Shown piece after piece: positions 16,664 to 24,798 of a DNA stretch of 64,000 nt. Within the stretch, counting starts at the first letter, position 1. Each line of letters begins with the position of its first letter. Under the pieces are notes generated by a model. It ran no database searches and was not told the DNA's origin. It saw only the letters and a list, made by a program, of their open reading frames with translations. The position numbers were made by a program, and so were the translations under genes. Origin of the DNA: a virus; IMG/VR virus record IMGVR_UViG_3300045988_162372, one strand, 5' to 3'.

Positions 16664-16795
16664 ATGGGATGGTTTGATAATGTTTCAGTAAATAAAATTG
16701 AATTACTCAACGTAGATAAGGTTGAGGATAGAGAAGTTAAGGTAACGCTTTCTAACGGTACGGAAATATATATTGTACCCTGCTATGAAAGTTGA
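16664..16795 (+). CDS. hypothetical protein (43 aa to TGA; frame stays open to 16903)
   Basis: Hand translation MGWFDNVSVNKIELLNVDKVEDREVKVTLSNGTEIYIVPCYES*; 35 further open codons with no start codon follow. Confidence 0.4.
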   Translation: MGWFDNVSVNKIELLNVDKVEDREVKVTLSNGTEIYIVPCYES

Positions 16796-16886
16796 CAACA
16801 ATATGGCGGAACTACAGAAGAACTTGGTTTAACCGTTGATATTGCTGAAAGATATAATGCTTGGCTTCACGGAGAGGAGGGATATA

Positions 16887-17057
16887 ATGAGGAACTATTT
16901 TAAGGCTTTGCTTGGCATTATTTTAGCGTTGGTAATAGGAACTATTCCCTTATGGGTAAAAGTCGAATATAACGGCACAGAGGTCGTATTTATAATGGTT
17001 GCAATGTTTATTGGCATTCCGTCTTTGGTGGTGTACTTTAATGAAATGTTCAAATAA
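16887..17057 (+). CDS. small membrane protein (56 aa)
   Basis: ORF 16836-17057 trimmed to ATG after GGAGAGGAGGG; two hydrophobic helices. Confidence 0.6.
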   Translation: MRNYFKALLGIILALVIGTIPLWVKVEYNGTEVVFIMVAMFIGIPSLVVYFNEMFK

Positions 17058-17063
17058 TAAGTT

Positions 17064-17357
17064 ATGGAAAAAATTTGTAACAAATTGATATTTTTAACAG
17101 TTTTTATTGTATTTAAAATACCAATCAGAATTATAGGTTATATTTTATTTGGATTGTTGTATGTTTCGCCAATTTTAATCTATATTGCAATGAATTTCTT
17201 TCTGATTGCACATGTATTCTTAGGTGGTGTTCTTCATAAACCTAGTTCATACGAAACAGGGTCATTAGTGTTTTATTATATATTCTGTTTTTTGTATGTA
17301 ATAGCAGATATTCTTTTTACACTTTATGGTTTAAAATATCTATTTAGAAAGAAATGA
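17064..17357 (+). CDS. membrane protein (97 aa)
   Basis: ORF track; three hydrophobic segments. Confidence 0.65.
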   Translation: MEKICNKLIFLTVFIVFKIPIRIIGYILFGLLYVSPILIYIAMNFFLIAHVFLGGVLHKPSSYETGSLVFYYIFCFLYVIADILFTLYGLKYLFRKK

Positions 17358-17668
17358 GAAAGTTTACAAAAGAACACAATGAAATTGGGTGGCTGTTTCC
17401 TTCAGTACTTCCCGAAGATAACCCCGAAGAGGATTTCAATACCTTTGAGGAAAGGGGAAAATTTTTGTTTGAAGAAGCCTATCAAGACAAAGAAGCATTC
17501 ACTAAGGATGATATGATGGACGCTTTTATGAAAGGCTGTTCAGTGGCGCAGCAACATCTGTCTGAAAAATATGGATATATGATACATACCGTATTGGATG
17601 AAACAAAGCGAAATAGAGAGATAATGAAAGACGTGAAGGAAATTCTTTCTTCTATTAATTCTATTTAA
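17354..17668 (+). CDS. hypothetical protein (104 aa)
   Basis: ORF track; ATGA overlap with upstream gene. Confidence 0.65.
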   Translation: MRKFTKEHNEIGWLFPSVLPEDNPEEDFNTFEERGKFLFEEAYQDKEAFTKDDMMDAFMKGCSVAQQHLSEKYGYMIHTVLDETKRNREIMKDVKEILSSINSI

Positions 17669-17724
17669 CAATAAAAACTTGTATTTCTTTAACAAGAAAA
17701 ACTTGTATAATCCAAATAAAAGCA

Positions 17725-17732
17725 TTACCTTT
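17725..17732 (+). promoter_or_regulatory. -7 promoter box TAnnTTTG
   Basis: TAccTTTG(CA); SD TAGGAGAT; ATG 17777. Confidence 0.65.
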
Positions 17733-17776
17733 GCAGTGTAATAAGAAATAAATAAAACAATAGGAGATTATAAGTT

Positions 17777-18040
17777 ATGAACAAGCAAGAAATTCTGAAT
17801 GAACTTATCATTAAGTTGAATGATTATCCTTTCATCTTGTTTGATGATGCTGTTGAGATGCCGAGTTTGAACAACTCAATCAAGGAATTTAGCGGTGGAG
17901 ACCCAATATGGGAGGATATGTCCGACGATGATATTGAATTGGAAGATGCGTCAGAAGATGATTTGGCAAATCTTCTGTATTGGATAGACGCACAGATTGA
18001 GCGTGATGACAAACTGATGGATAGATGTCAAGGTTGGTAA
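17777..18040 (+). CDS. hypothetical acidic protein (87 aa), paralog of 40144-40410
   Basis: Shared C-terminal pattern DDL..LLY.I..QIE.D..LM..C..W. Confidence 0.7.
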   Translation: MNKQEILNELIIKLNDYPFILFDDAVEMPSLNNSIKEFSGGDPIWEDMSDDDIELEDASEDDLANLLYWIDAQIERDDKLMDRCQGW

Positions 18041-18069
18041 AAACAAATACAAATTAGAATAATAAAATC

Positions 18070-18639
18070 ATGGGACAATATTATAGACCCGTCGTATTGA
18101 AAGAGGATTACGAGAACGAGAATTTTCCTTGTATCTTGTCACTTACTTCTTGGGATATGGGTAATGGTGCAAAACTGATGGAGCATTCCTATGTTGGAAA
18201 CAACTTTGTGGAGGCATTTGCGCAGATTATCCACAAGAATAACACAAAAGGTTATGCAGATAACCGTGTAGTATGGTGTGGCGATTATGGTGAACCTATA
18301 AACGATAATAGTATTTACCATCTTGCGAAACATTGTGATGCGTCGGAATTTTATCTTGAGAAATATACAGATGGAGTACAGCGTCCTTATCAATACATTG
18401 TGAATACTGATAAGGAACAATATGTCAAGGTCAAGCCTTATAATGAAAATGAGTGGACTATTCACCCGTTACCCTTGCTCACAGCCTACGGAAACGGACA
18501 AGGTGGTGGTGATTATTATGGCAGTGATATGGATAAGGTAGGAATTTGGGCATTTGACCATGTTTATACATCTGACGAAGTGCCAGAGGGATATGAAGAA
18601 CTTGTAGTTGATTTCAAGGAAGATACAGAAGAGCCTTAA
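18070..18639 (+). CDS. hypothetical protein (189 aa)
   Basis: ORF track. Confidence 0.7.
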   Translation: MGQYYRPVVLKEDYENENFPCILSLTSWDMGNGAKLMEHSYVGNNFVEAFAQIIHKNNTKGYADNRVVWCGDYGEPINDNSIYHLAKHCDASEFYLEKYTDGVQRPYQYIVNTDKEQYVKVKPYNENEWTIHPLPLLTAYGNGQGGGDYYGSDMDKVGIWAFDHVYTSDEVPEGYEELVVDFKEDTEEP

Positions 18640-18697
18640 AAATTGTTTCGTCTGAAAAATAGTTGGGTTATTATTTGGATAATCCAATTATTTTTCT

Positions 18698-18705
18698 TAC
18701 CTTTG
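18698..18705 (+). promoter_or_regulatory. -7 promoter box TAnnTTTG
   Basis: TAccTTTG(CA); SD AAAGGAGAT; ATG 18758. Confidence 0.65.
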
Positions 18706-18757
18706 CAGAGTGATAAAGAAAAAGATATATAACTAACAATCAAAGGAGATTAAAGCT

Positions 18758-19258
18758 ATGAGTTACGAAAAAGTAAAGTCAGTAAGATTTTTTTCAGATG
18801 ATAACATCATTCTTGAAAGTGTGTCAAACAACGTTTCCCCTAAAAAGTACCACAAATGGAAATTTACTGGAACTCTTATTGATTTCCTTAGATATGTGCA
18901 AGGAAGTGAATTGCAAATAACCACAAGCGCAAATGGCTACTTTTGGTCTGCATTATTTGCTATGTATTACAAGACGCTTAAAGCGCAAAACATTGAATAT
19001 TCAGACCTTTATTCCTTAGATAAGGACGACCCTAGATGGGATGATATTATCAAGACATTTCATATTGCAATGAACTATCTGAAAGCAAACAGAAACAAGA
19101 AATGCTATGTCAAAAATGGTAGTTTTTATATCGCAGGTAGAGCATACGGCGGTAAATATTACCTTGTTGAGAATAAAGAGGACGCAAAGAAATATCCTTA
19201 TTGTCAAGCAAGGTATATGTCAGAAAATAATGATTGGATTTTTGAAGAAGCGAGATAG
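18758..19258 (+). CDS. hypothetical protein (166 aa)
   Basis: ORF track; SD. Confidence 0.7.
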   Translation: MSYEKVKSVRFFSDDNIILESVSNNVSPKKYHKWKFTGTLIDFLRYVQGSELQITTSANGYFWSALFAMYYKTLKAQNIEYSDLYSLDKDDPRWDDIIKTFHIAMNYLKANRNKKCYVKNGSFYIAGRAYGGKYYLVENKEDAKKYPYCQARYMSENNDWIFEEAR

Positions 19259-19297
19259 AATATAATAACTTGATTTTTTGTACGTGTACTCATTTTA

Positions 19298-19339
19298 GCT
19301 TCCCATCCGTTGTGATAATGTGTGGGAAGCACTTTTTTA
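19298..19339 (+). terminator. rho-independent terminator
   Basis: Stem GCTTCCCA/TGGGAAGC then T6. Confidence 0.75.
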
Positions 19340-19407
19340 TTAACATTATTTAGAAATTAATTAAGACTTATTATTTGAAATAATTTTCCTATATCAAATT
19401 TTATTGC

Positions 19408-19415
19408 TATCTTTG
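19408..19415 (+). promoter_or_regulatory. -7 promoter box TAnnTTTG (drives sRNA copy E)
   Basis: TAtcTTTG(CA), no ORF downstream. Confidence 0.55.
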
Positions 19416-19419
19416 CATT

Positions 19420-19479
19420 GTGATTGAGAAAGAGATAATCACAGAAGCAGATATAATAATCTGAAGTATAATCTCCTTT
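19420..19479 (+). ncRNA. candidate sRNA, family copy E (3' end undefined)
   Basis: H1 TGTGATT/AATCACA 19419-19443, loop GAGAAAGAGAT; H2 CAGAT-ATAATA-ATCTG 19448-19463; tail AAGTATAATCTCCTTT 19464-19479. Confidence 0.55.
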
Positions 19480-19574
19480 GGATATGAACTGAAATTGTTA
19501 ATGTTTCTAAAATCAATTAACATCATTTTACAGAAAATAATCAGCCAAACTATTGCATATATCAAAAACTTTAT

Positions 19575-19582
19575 GTACCTTT
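19575..19582 (+). promoter_or_regulatory. -7 promoter box TAnnTTTG
   Basis: TAccTTTG(CA); SD TAGGAGGT; ATG 19637. Confidence 0.65.
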
Positions 19583-19636
19583 GCAACGTCAAAAGGAACA
19601 AAGAACAAATTAAAACAATTAGGAGGTAAAAACAAT

Positions 19637-19930
19637 ATGGCAACAAAACAAGGCAAGGAACTTCTACAAGCTATCAGAAACACAAAAAAATGTGCAATGA
19701 GAGATGCGTATGACTATATGCTTTACCTTGCGGATGATGGTACTTACGCAATAACCAGATTATTCGGTGAGCCTACAAATTGGTATTTATGGGACTTAAA
19801 GGAAATTATAGGTTTTGCAACCTATGATTATTCAACGAAGTCTGCAAGGTATTTCAGTATGACAAACCGAAGCAAGGAGGCTAAGGCATTTTGTGAGAGA
19901 CTAATCAATAAAAATCATATCAAATATTAA
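19637..19930 (+). CDS. hypothetical protein (97 aa)
   Basis: ORF 19553-19930 trimmed to ATG after promoter and SD. Confidence 0.7.
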   Translation: MATKQGKELLQAIRNTKKCAMRDAYDYMLYLADDGTYAITRLFGEPTNWYLWDLKEIIGFATYDYSTKSARYFSMTNRSKEAKAFCERLINKNHIKY

Positions 19931-19944
19931 AAAATACATACATT

Positions 19945-20388
19945 ATGACTTCATACGAAAAATCAAACAGCATACTTGAGGTTGCATTGAAACGCTTTTC
20001 AAGCTCTTATAGCCACGATTTTCTTTCAAGTGATACAAGTATCAAGGATAGGGAGAAAAACGCACAGAAACTCGTGGATTATCTTTGCGACAAGTTTAAG
20101 ATACCACATTGCTATGTTATTATCTCAAACAAGCGTCAAAATCACGTTACAAGGAACGGTAAACTTATCAAGAAAGTATACGGCAGATATATGATAAATC
20201 TTAACACTATCGAGATTTTCAACCTTACTGCAATGACGAGGAAACCAGTTGCAATTAAGACAATGTACGATACATTATTGCATGAGTTTATGCACCACTA
20301 TGATTACACCAAACTGAAACTATCCGAAAGTTTGCATACCAAAGGTTTTGCAATGAGAATTTCAGATTTGAAAAAGAAGTTGAATTAA
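19945..20388 (+). CDS. SprT-like zinc metalloprotease-domain protein
   Basis: HExxH in TLLHEFMHHYD near the C-terminus, SprT/WLM-like context. Confidence 0.5.
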   Translation: MTSYEKSNSILEVALKRFSSSYSHDFLSSDTSIKDREKNAQKLVDYLCDKFKIPHCYVIISNKRQNHVTRNGKLIKKVYGRYMINLNTIEIFNLTAMTRKPVAIKTMYDTLLHEFMHHYDYTKLKLSESLHTKGFAMRISDLKKKLN

Positions 20389-20416
20389 TGAACAACTTTA
20401 AAAACTTAATAAGGAT

Positions 20417-20689
20417 ATGGAAAGCAAGAATTTTTCAGCAATGAATTTTGAGGAACAAGTAACTTTGCTTTATGATTTGGCAGACGGATGGAATATACTT
20501 CACGCTAAACTTGTTTTTAAGGTAATTCTAAACGCTATCAAAGCCGTTGGGTATAGTTATACCTATCAAAAAAATTTAGCCATTAAAACACTTAAATCAA
20601 TGCTTAATGACGTTGAAGAAAAATATGGGATAGAGTCCGCTCAATACAGGGAAATAGCAATTTTGTATCATATTATATTAAAAGGATAA
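20417..20689 (+). CDS. hypothetical protein (90 aa)
   Basis: ORF track. Confidence 0.65.
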   Translation: MESKNFSAMNFEEQVTLLYDLADGWNILHAKLVFKVILNAIKAVGYSYTYQKNLAIKTLKSMLNDVEEKYGIESAQYREIAILYHIILKG

Positions 20690-20695
20690 TGCCGT

Positions 20696-21055
20696 ATGGA
20701 AAAGAAATATATCAAAGCAAATATAGACGAGAAAAACGTAACAAGTGATTGGATATTTGATTATGTATTGGATGATAGAAATGATATATCCGTTTCAACA
20801 AGAATTCCATCAGACAAAGGAAACTCTTTTATTGGTGTGTATAGAAATAGTGTAGTAAACGCATATTGGAAAGCAACCGACAATAAGGTAACATTCAAAT
20901 TCCTACATACGCTTACTACAACTGCAAATGATAGTGACATGGATAAGTTATATCATTTCTTGTTGGAGGATTTCAATGATGATAACCTTGTAACGAGAGT
21001 ATCTCAAGTAGATGATACCACCATCGTAGTAAAGTTTTATTGGAAAGAAGAATAA
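20696..21055 (+). CDS. hypothetical protein (119 aa)
   Basis: ORF track. Confidence 0.65.
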   Translation: MEKKYIKANIDEKNVTSDWIFDYVLDDRNDISVSTRIPSDKGNSFIGVYRNSVVNAYWKATDNKVTFKFLHTLTTTANDSDMDKLYHFLLEDFNDDNLVTRVSQVDDTTIVVKFYWKEE

Positions 21056-21087
21056 ATATCATTTAACATATTTATTTAGCTTTATTA

Positions 21088-21120
21088 ACGCCCGAAATTC
21101 TTTATTGGGCGTTTTATTTT
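21088..21120 (+). terminator. rho-independent terminator
   Basis: Stem ACGCCC/GGGCGT then T-rich run. Confidence 0.7.
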
Positions 21121-21121
21121 G

Positions 21122-21129
21122 TATCTTTG
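21122..21129 (+). promoter_or_regulatory. -7 promoter box TAnnTTTG (drives sRNA copy F)
   Basis: TAtcTTTG(CA), no ORF downstream. Confidence 0.55.
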
Positions 21130-21133
21130 CAAT

Positions 21134-21195
21134 GTGAAAAAGGAAAGATACCTATCACAGAAGCAAAAGTAACATTTTGAAGTATAGTCTCCTTT
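21134..21195 (+). ncRNA. candidate sRNA, family copy F (3' end undefined)
   Basis: H1 TGTGA/TCACA 21133-21159, loop AAAAGGAAAGATACCTA; H2 CAAAA-GTAACA-TTTTG 21164-21179; tail AAGTATAGTCTCCTTT 21180-21195. Confidence 0.55.
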
Positions 21196-21290
21196 ATAAT
21201 CAATTTTTAATTGTTAATGAACCTTTAATCAATTAACGTCTTTTAATAGAAAAACATTGGATAAAATTTTGCTATATGGAAAATAATCAC

Positions 21291-21298
21291 TATCTTTG
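21291..21298 (+). promoter_or_regulatory. -7 promoter box TAnnTTTG
   Basis: TAtcTTTG(CA) upstream of ATG 21328. Confidence 0.65.
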
Positions 21299-21327
21299 CA
21301 TTGTGAAACTTAAAGAGATAAAACAAT

Positions 21328-21633
21328 ATGAGTAAGAAAATGACAAAATTAGGCAGTGTCAATCCTTGTGCTTTGTTATATCTTTATAATAAGGATAACG
21401 AAGAAATTGGCACTTGTTTAGATACTCCGAACAATTTTGCAGTAGCTTGTATGTTAAATGATAACGTACAATATGGTAAAGCATATTATCAGTTCTTCGG
21501 AGAAACTATCAAACAAAGAAAAGATAAGGATATTTTAGATAGAATATCCGTATACCAAAAACTTGTCAGTCTTGAAAATAAAGATACGTTAGAGGAAATT
21601 AACAGGCATAAACTGACTATTAACTTTCTTTAA
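21328..21633 (+). CDS. hypothetical protein (101 aa)
   Basis: ORF track. Confidence 0.7.
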   Translation: MSKKMTKLGSVNPCALLYLYNKDNEEIGTCLDTPNNFAVACMLNDNVQYGKAYYQFFGETIKQRKDKDILDRISVYQKLVSLENKDTLEEINRHKLTINFL

Positions 21634-21657
21634 CTTGTATATTTTGATAAAAAGTTG

Positions 21658-21665
21658 TACCTTTG
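21658..21665 (+). promoter_or_regulatory. -7 promoter box TAnnTTTG
   Basis: TAccTTTG upstream of ATG 21712. Confidence 0.6.
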
Positions 21666-21711
21666 TAAAAGCAATCAGAAAGAAAAACAAATAACAAAAT
21701 AAGCTACAATT

Positions 21712-22044
21712 ATGGGAAGAAAAAAGAACTATATCAAAATTCCAGTAAAACCTCTCTTATCAGCAATAACAGCAGAAAATAAGACCGTTGAGTCTGTTTT
21801 GCGTAATATCAATGTAAACGAGGATTATGTTACAGATTTTCCTACTGATGATTTGGGAAAAGAAATAAACAAAGATTTAAATTTTCTTCAACTTTTCAAT
21901 GGCTTGTTATGTGGAAAAGACATCTACGAAATGTTGGATGTTTCAGATTCTTTGATACGTGAGAGAGTGTTGGAACGTCTCGCATATCTTATGGGTATAG
22001 ACTATCAGATAATTTACTACCTTTGGTTGAACGAGAACAAATAA
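21712..22044 (+). CDS. hypothetical protein (110 aa)
   Basis: ORF track. Confidence 0.7.
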   Translation: MGRKKNYIKIPVKPLLSAITAENKTVESVLRNINVNEDYVTDFPTDDLGKEINKDLNFLQLFNGLLCGKDIYEMLDVSDSLIRERVLERLAYLMGIDYQIIYYLWLNENK

Positions 22045-22061
22045 AAACTAATATAGTTATT

Positions 22062-22325
22062 ATGGCAACTACAAAAGGAAATAAAAAACGCCCCAAATAT
22101 ATACAAGATATTGTGAATGATATAAATGCACAACTTAGGGCTAACTATATCAAAGACGAAAATAATGACTTGTTCGTATGGCTGTGTGACTATCTTCTCA
22201 AACGGAAAATGTATGAAGGCTACAATTTCCACAAGTATGGAGATAAGATAGTGAACGGCAAACCTATCGTATGCCTTGCAGGAACAGCAGACAAGAACAA
22301 GTTTGACTTTCTTCAAGTATGGTAA
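22062..22325 (+). CDS. hypothetical protein (87 aa)
   Basis: ORF 22023 (non-ATG start) trimmed to ATG after the upstream stop. Confidence 0.6.
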   Translation: MATTKGNKKRPKYIQDIVNDINAQLRANYIKDENNDLFVWLCDYLLKRKMYEGYNFHKYGDKIVNGKPIVCLAGTADKNKFDFLQVW

Positions 22326-22340
22326 TAACAATGTACGCGA

Positions 22341-22736
22341 ATGAGTACGATACATCTAAATAACAAGAGGTTAAGAATAAGGTTTGGAGAAACAAAATTC
22401 CTCAAGCCCAACAAAGGGCTGCAAGACATCTTCGTGAATAATCTTTGTATAGGCTACGTTATTACAGAGGATAAGAACTTGCTTTCACCTATCTATGAAC
22501 GCTTTTGGTCAAACGGCTTGTCTGAAAAACAGATTGAGGATAACAAACAATCACTATCAAAGTATGACAAGTGTGATACTGAAGATGAAGGCTATTATCA
22601 AGTCGGCTATATGGTTGACAGTGATACTTGTGACTCTAAGGAATGGGATATACGTCTTAGAGAATTTTGTGAAACAATTTATAACATCTTAATCAACGAC
22701 AAGGAATATGTACAAGGTAATTATAACAGACAATAA
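22341..22736 (+). CDS. hypothetical protein (131 aa)
   Basis: ORF track. Confidence 0.65.
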   Translation: MSTIHLNNKRLRIRFGETKFLKPNKGLQDIFVNNLCIGYVITEDKNLLSPIYERFWSNGLSEKQIEDNKQSLSKYDKCDTEDEGYYQVGYMVDSDTCDSKEWDIRLREFCETIYNILINDKEYVQGNYNRQ

Positions 22737-23019
22737 TACGAATAAGTCTTATTTTTTCAAGACACAGCATTCCACAGACTACACATCAATGTGGTCTATC
22801 ACTTCAAAGATTGTGGAACAGGAAAAGAAATACCACGACATTGACATACCTTTGGGTGAAGTAAATCTGAAAGAATATCTTAATGCAGTATATAATATAT
22901 CTGTAGAGTGTTTTCCTATGGACGGAAGAAAAAGATATGCAAGAAACCTTAATTGGTTTAACTGGTGGCAACCTTTTGAACTTGCTTGGCAGGACATTAA
23001 GGATAATGTACTCAAATGA
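22708..23019 (+). CDS. hypothetical protein (103 aa)
   Basis: ORF track; its last codons and stop (GTA CTC AAA TGA) lie inside dyad motif copy 6. Confidence 0.55.
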   Translation: MYKVIITDNNTNKSYFFKTQHSTDYTSMWSITSKIVEQEKKYHDIDIPLGEVNLKEYLNAVYNISVECFPMDGRKRYARNLNWFNWWQPFELAWQDIKDNVLK

Positions 23020-23022
23020 GTA
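23007..23022 (+). repeat. dyad motif TGTACTC-N4-GAGTA, copy 6
   Basis: TGTACTCAAATGAGTA; 33 nt before ATG 23056, no TAnnTTTG box in between. Confidence 0.8.
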
Positions 23023-23055
23023 TGGGGACAGAAAACTTAAAAACATTATTTCACT

Positions 23056-23295
23056 ATGAATGATATATTTGTTGTTAATGCTATCATCAATATAGGTGAA
23101 TGCCAAAGTTGTATAGAACTATATGCCAATCCTAATGATGCAGATAAGGCATACAGAAAATATGTAAAAAAAGTAGATAAACTCTTTAAAGTTTTCGATT
23201 GCATTAAGACAACGGAAACAAAAGGCTATTATGAAATGACCACACAAGGCTCTTCGTTTGCCATCGTTAAAATTACAAAACAAAATATATTATGA
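23056..23295 (+). CDS. hypothetical protein (79 aa)
   Basis: ORF track. Confidence 0.65.
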   Translation: MNDIFVVNAIINIGECQSCIELYANPNDADKAYRKYVKKVDKLFKVFDCIKTTETKGYYEMTTQGSSFAIVKITKQNIL

Positions 23296-23576
23296 AAACA
23301 TTTCAAATCAAGAAACTTATCAATAGGGTGACAAAAATATCACAACCCAACAATGATAACTTCACCTACTACGGAAATGAAGTAACCCTACAAAGCGGTA
23401 CACCAGACTATGTAGTAGTGTCAGTCAAGACAGAAGATAACAACGTTATGGAATTTGATTTCGATTTCTTAACAAAAGAACTTAACATCACCTTTGCCGA
23501 TACTGACGAAACTCTGGATACAATCATTAACTCTTTCAAAGAACTATACAGAAATGTCAAAATATCTATAGAATAA
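23292..23576 (+). CDS. hypothetical protein (94 aa)
   Basis: ORF track; ATGA overlap. Confidence 0.65.
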   Translation: MKTFQIKKLINRVTKISQPNNDNFTYYGNEVTLQSGTPDYVVVSVKTEDNNVMEFDFDFLTKELNITFADTDETLDTIINSFKELYRNVKISIE

Positions 23577-23622
23577 ACTTTATTCATATTTATAAATTGT
23601 AACTTAATTATTTTTTGCATTG

Positions 23623-23661
23623 AACCAGATAGTCCGTGACGGATAGTCTGGTTTTATTTTT
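23623..23661 (+). terminator. rho-independent terminator
   Basis: Stem AACCAGA...TCTGGTT (imperfect inner stem) then T-run. Confidence 0.6.
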
Positions 23662-24187
23662 TATATATGTCTTTTAACTTTATATAAAATTTCTTCTATA
23701 AAAAATATTTTATATAATTACAAGAAATTTTAACTATCATTATCTTAATATTTAAATACCAAAATAAGTCTTAAATATTAATAAAATAATAGTTAAACAT
23801 ATTTTAATATATTTTATGATATATTAGCATTTAACATCTTTTTCAAAATTTTAAAATTTTTTAATAAAACACACAGCACACAGAATTTTTGCCCATTTTC
23901 TTCTCTTGGGCAATTTAAATATTTTTACCTAATTTTTAAAACTACTATTTCTATATTGTGTGTTTCTTAATAAAACCCTTAAGAAAATATCCTTTTGAGG
24001 AAATATTTATATTTTTGAACACCTAATTTGCGATTTTTCAGCAACTTTCCACATTTTATTTGTAAGTCATTGATACTCAACCACTTAGATAATTCAAAGG
24101 GTAAATCACCTTTATAACTAATTGACTATCAGACACTTTCAAAAAACCTCAAAATTCTATCTGATTTTTCTATGTTCCAGACTGTTT

Positions 24188-24203
24188 ATGTACTCAAATG
24201 AGT
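24188..24203 (+). repeat. dyad motif TGTACTC-N4-GAGTA, copy 7
   Basis: TGTACTCAAATGAGTA inside the ORF-free spacer. Confidence 0.8.
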
Positions 24204-24393
24204 ATGGTATATATATCTCTTTATAGGCACATATTTCTTTCTTATGTGCCGAATTATTATATATCTAAAAATGTATTTAAAGATTTATATACCTAACCTA
24301 ATTTGATTATTTTATTCGGGAACGGGAACTTTTCTTTTTGTTCCCATTTTTATTCTTTAACATATAATATTTTCCCATATCAGATGTTTTTCG

Positions 24394-24401
24394 TATATTT
24401 G
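24394..24401 (+). promoter_or_regulatory. -7 promoter box TAnnTTTG
   Basis: TAtaTTTG upstream of ATG 24465. Confidence 0.55.
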
Positions 24402-24464
24402 CGATGTCTTAAAAGAAACAAAATACGCTATTGTATAACAAAATCTTATAAGGAGGAAAAAAAT

Positions 24465-24545
24465 ATGAATACTGTTATTGCATTAACTTTATGGATTATT
24501 GCCGTATATTGTGTTTACAATACTTTTTATCGAAATTTGAAATAA
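24465..24545 (+). CDS. 26-aa hydrophobic peptide
   Basis: MNTVIALTLWIIAVYCVYNTFYRNLK preceded by AAGGAGGA; the longer ORF call 24303 spans the promoter. Confidence 0.45.
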   Translation: MNTVIALTLWIIAVYCVYNTFYRNLK

Positions 24546-24561
24546 AAAATTATATGAAGAT

Positions 24562-24735
24562 ATGATTGCAATTATCTGTATATGGCTTATATGTCTGGTA
24601 TATGTATTACATTACATAATGAGGATATGTAGACCATATTCTTTATCATCGTATGTAACCATTTCTTTCATTACATCTGTCTTATTTTACCTAAGTTTCA
24701 TTTTCTTTTGTTTATTGACTTTGTTTAACATATAA
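24562..24735 (+). CDS. 57-aa hydrophobic protein, not in ORF track
   Basis: Hand translation MIAIICIWLICLVYVLHYIM...; no SD. Confidence 0.3.
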   Translation: MIAIICIWLICLVYVLHYIMRICRPYSLSSYVTISFITSVLFYLSFIFFCLLTLFNI

Positions 24736-24771
24736 TATTTGTATATTCCACTTATTTTGATTACCTTTGCA

Positions 24772-24779
24772 TCAGAAAA
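24772..24779 (+). promoter_or_regulatory. -7 promoter box TAnnTTTG
   Basis: TAccTTTG(CA); SD AAAGGAGAT; ATG 24799. Confidence 0.65.
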
Positions 24780-24798
24780 CAAAAAAGGAGATTACATT

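Noticed and set aside
19270-19296. Possible eleventh copy of the TGTACTC dyad motif (GTGTACTCATTTT)
   Set aside because: Only the left half-site is present and there is no GAGTA arm. It is part of the sequence leading into terminator 19298-19339.
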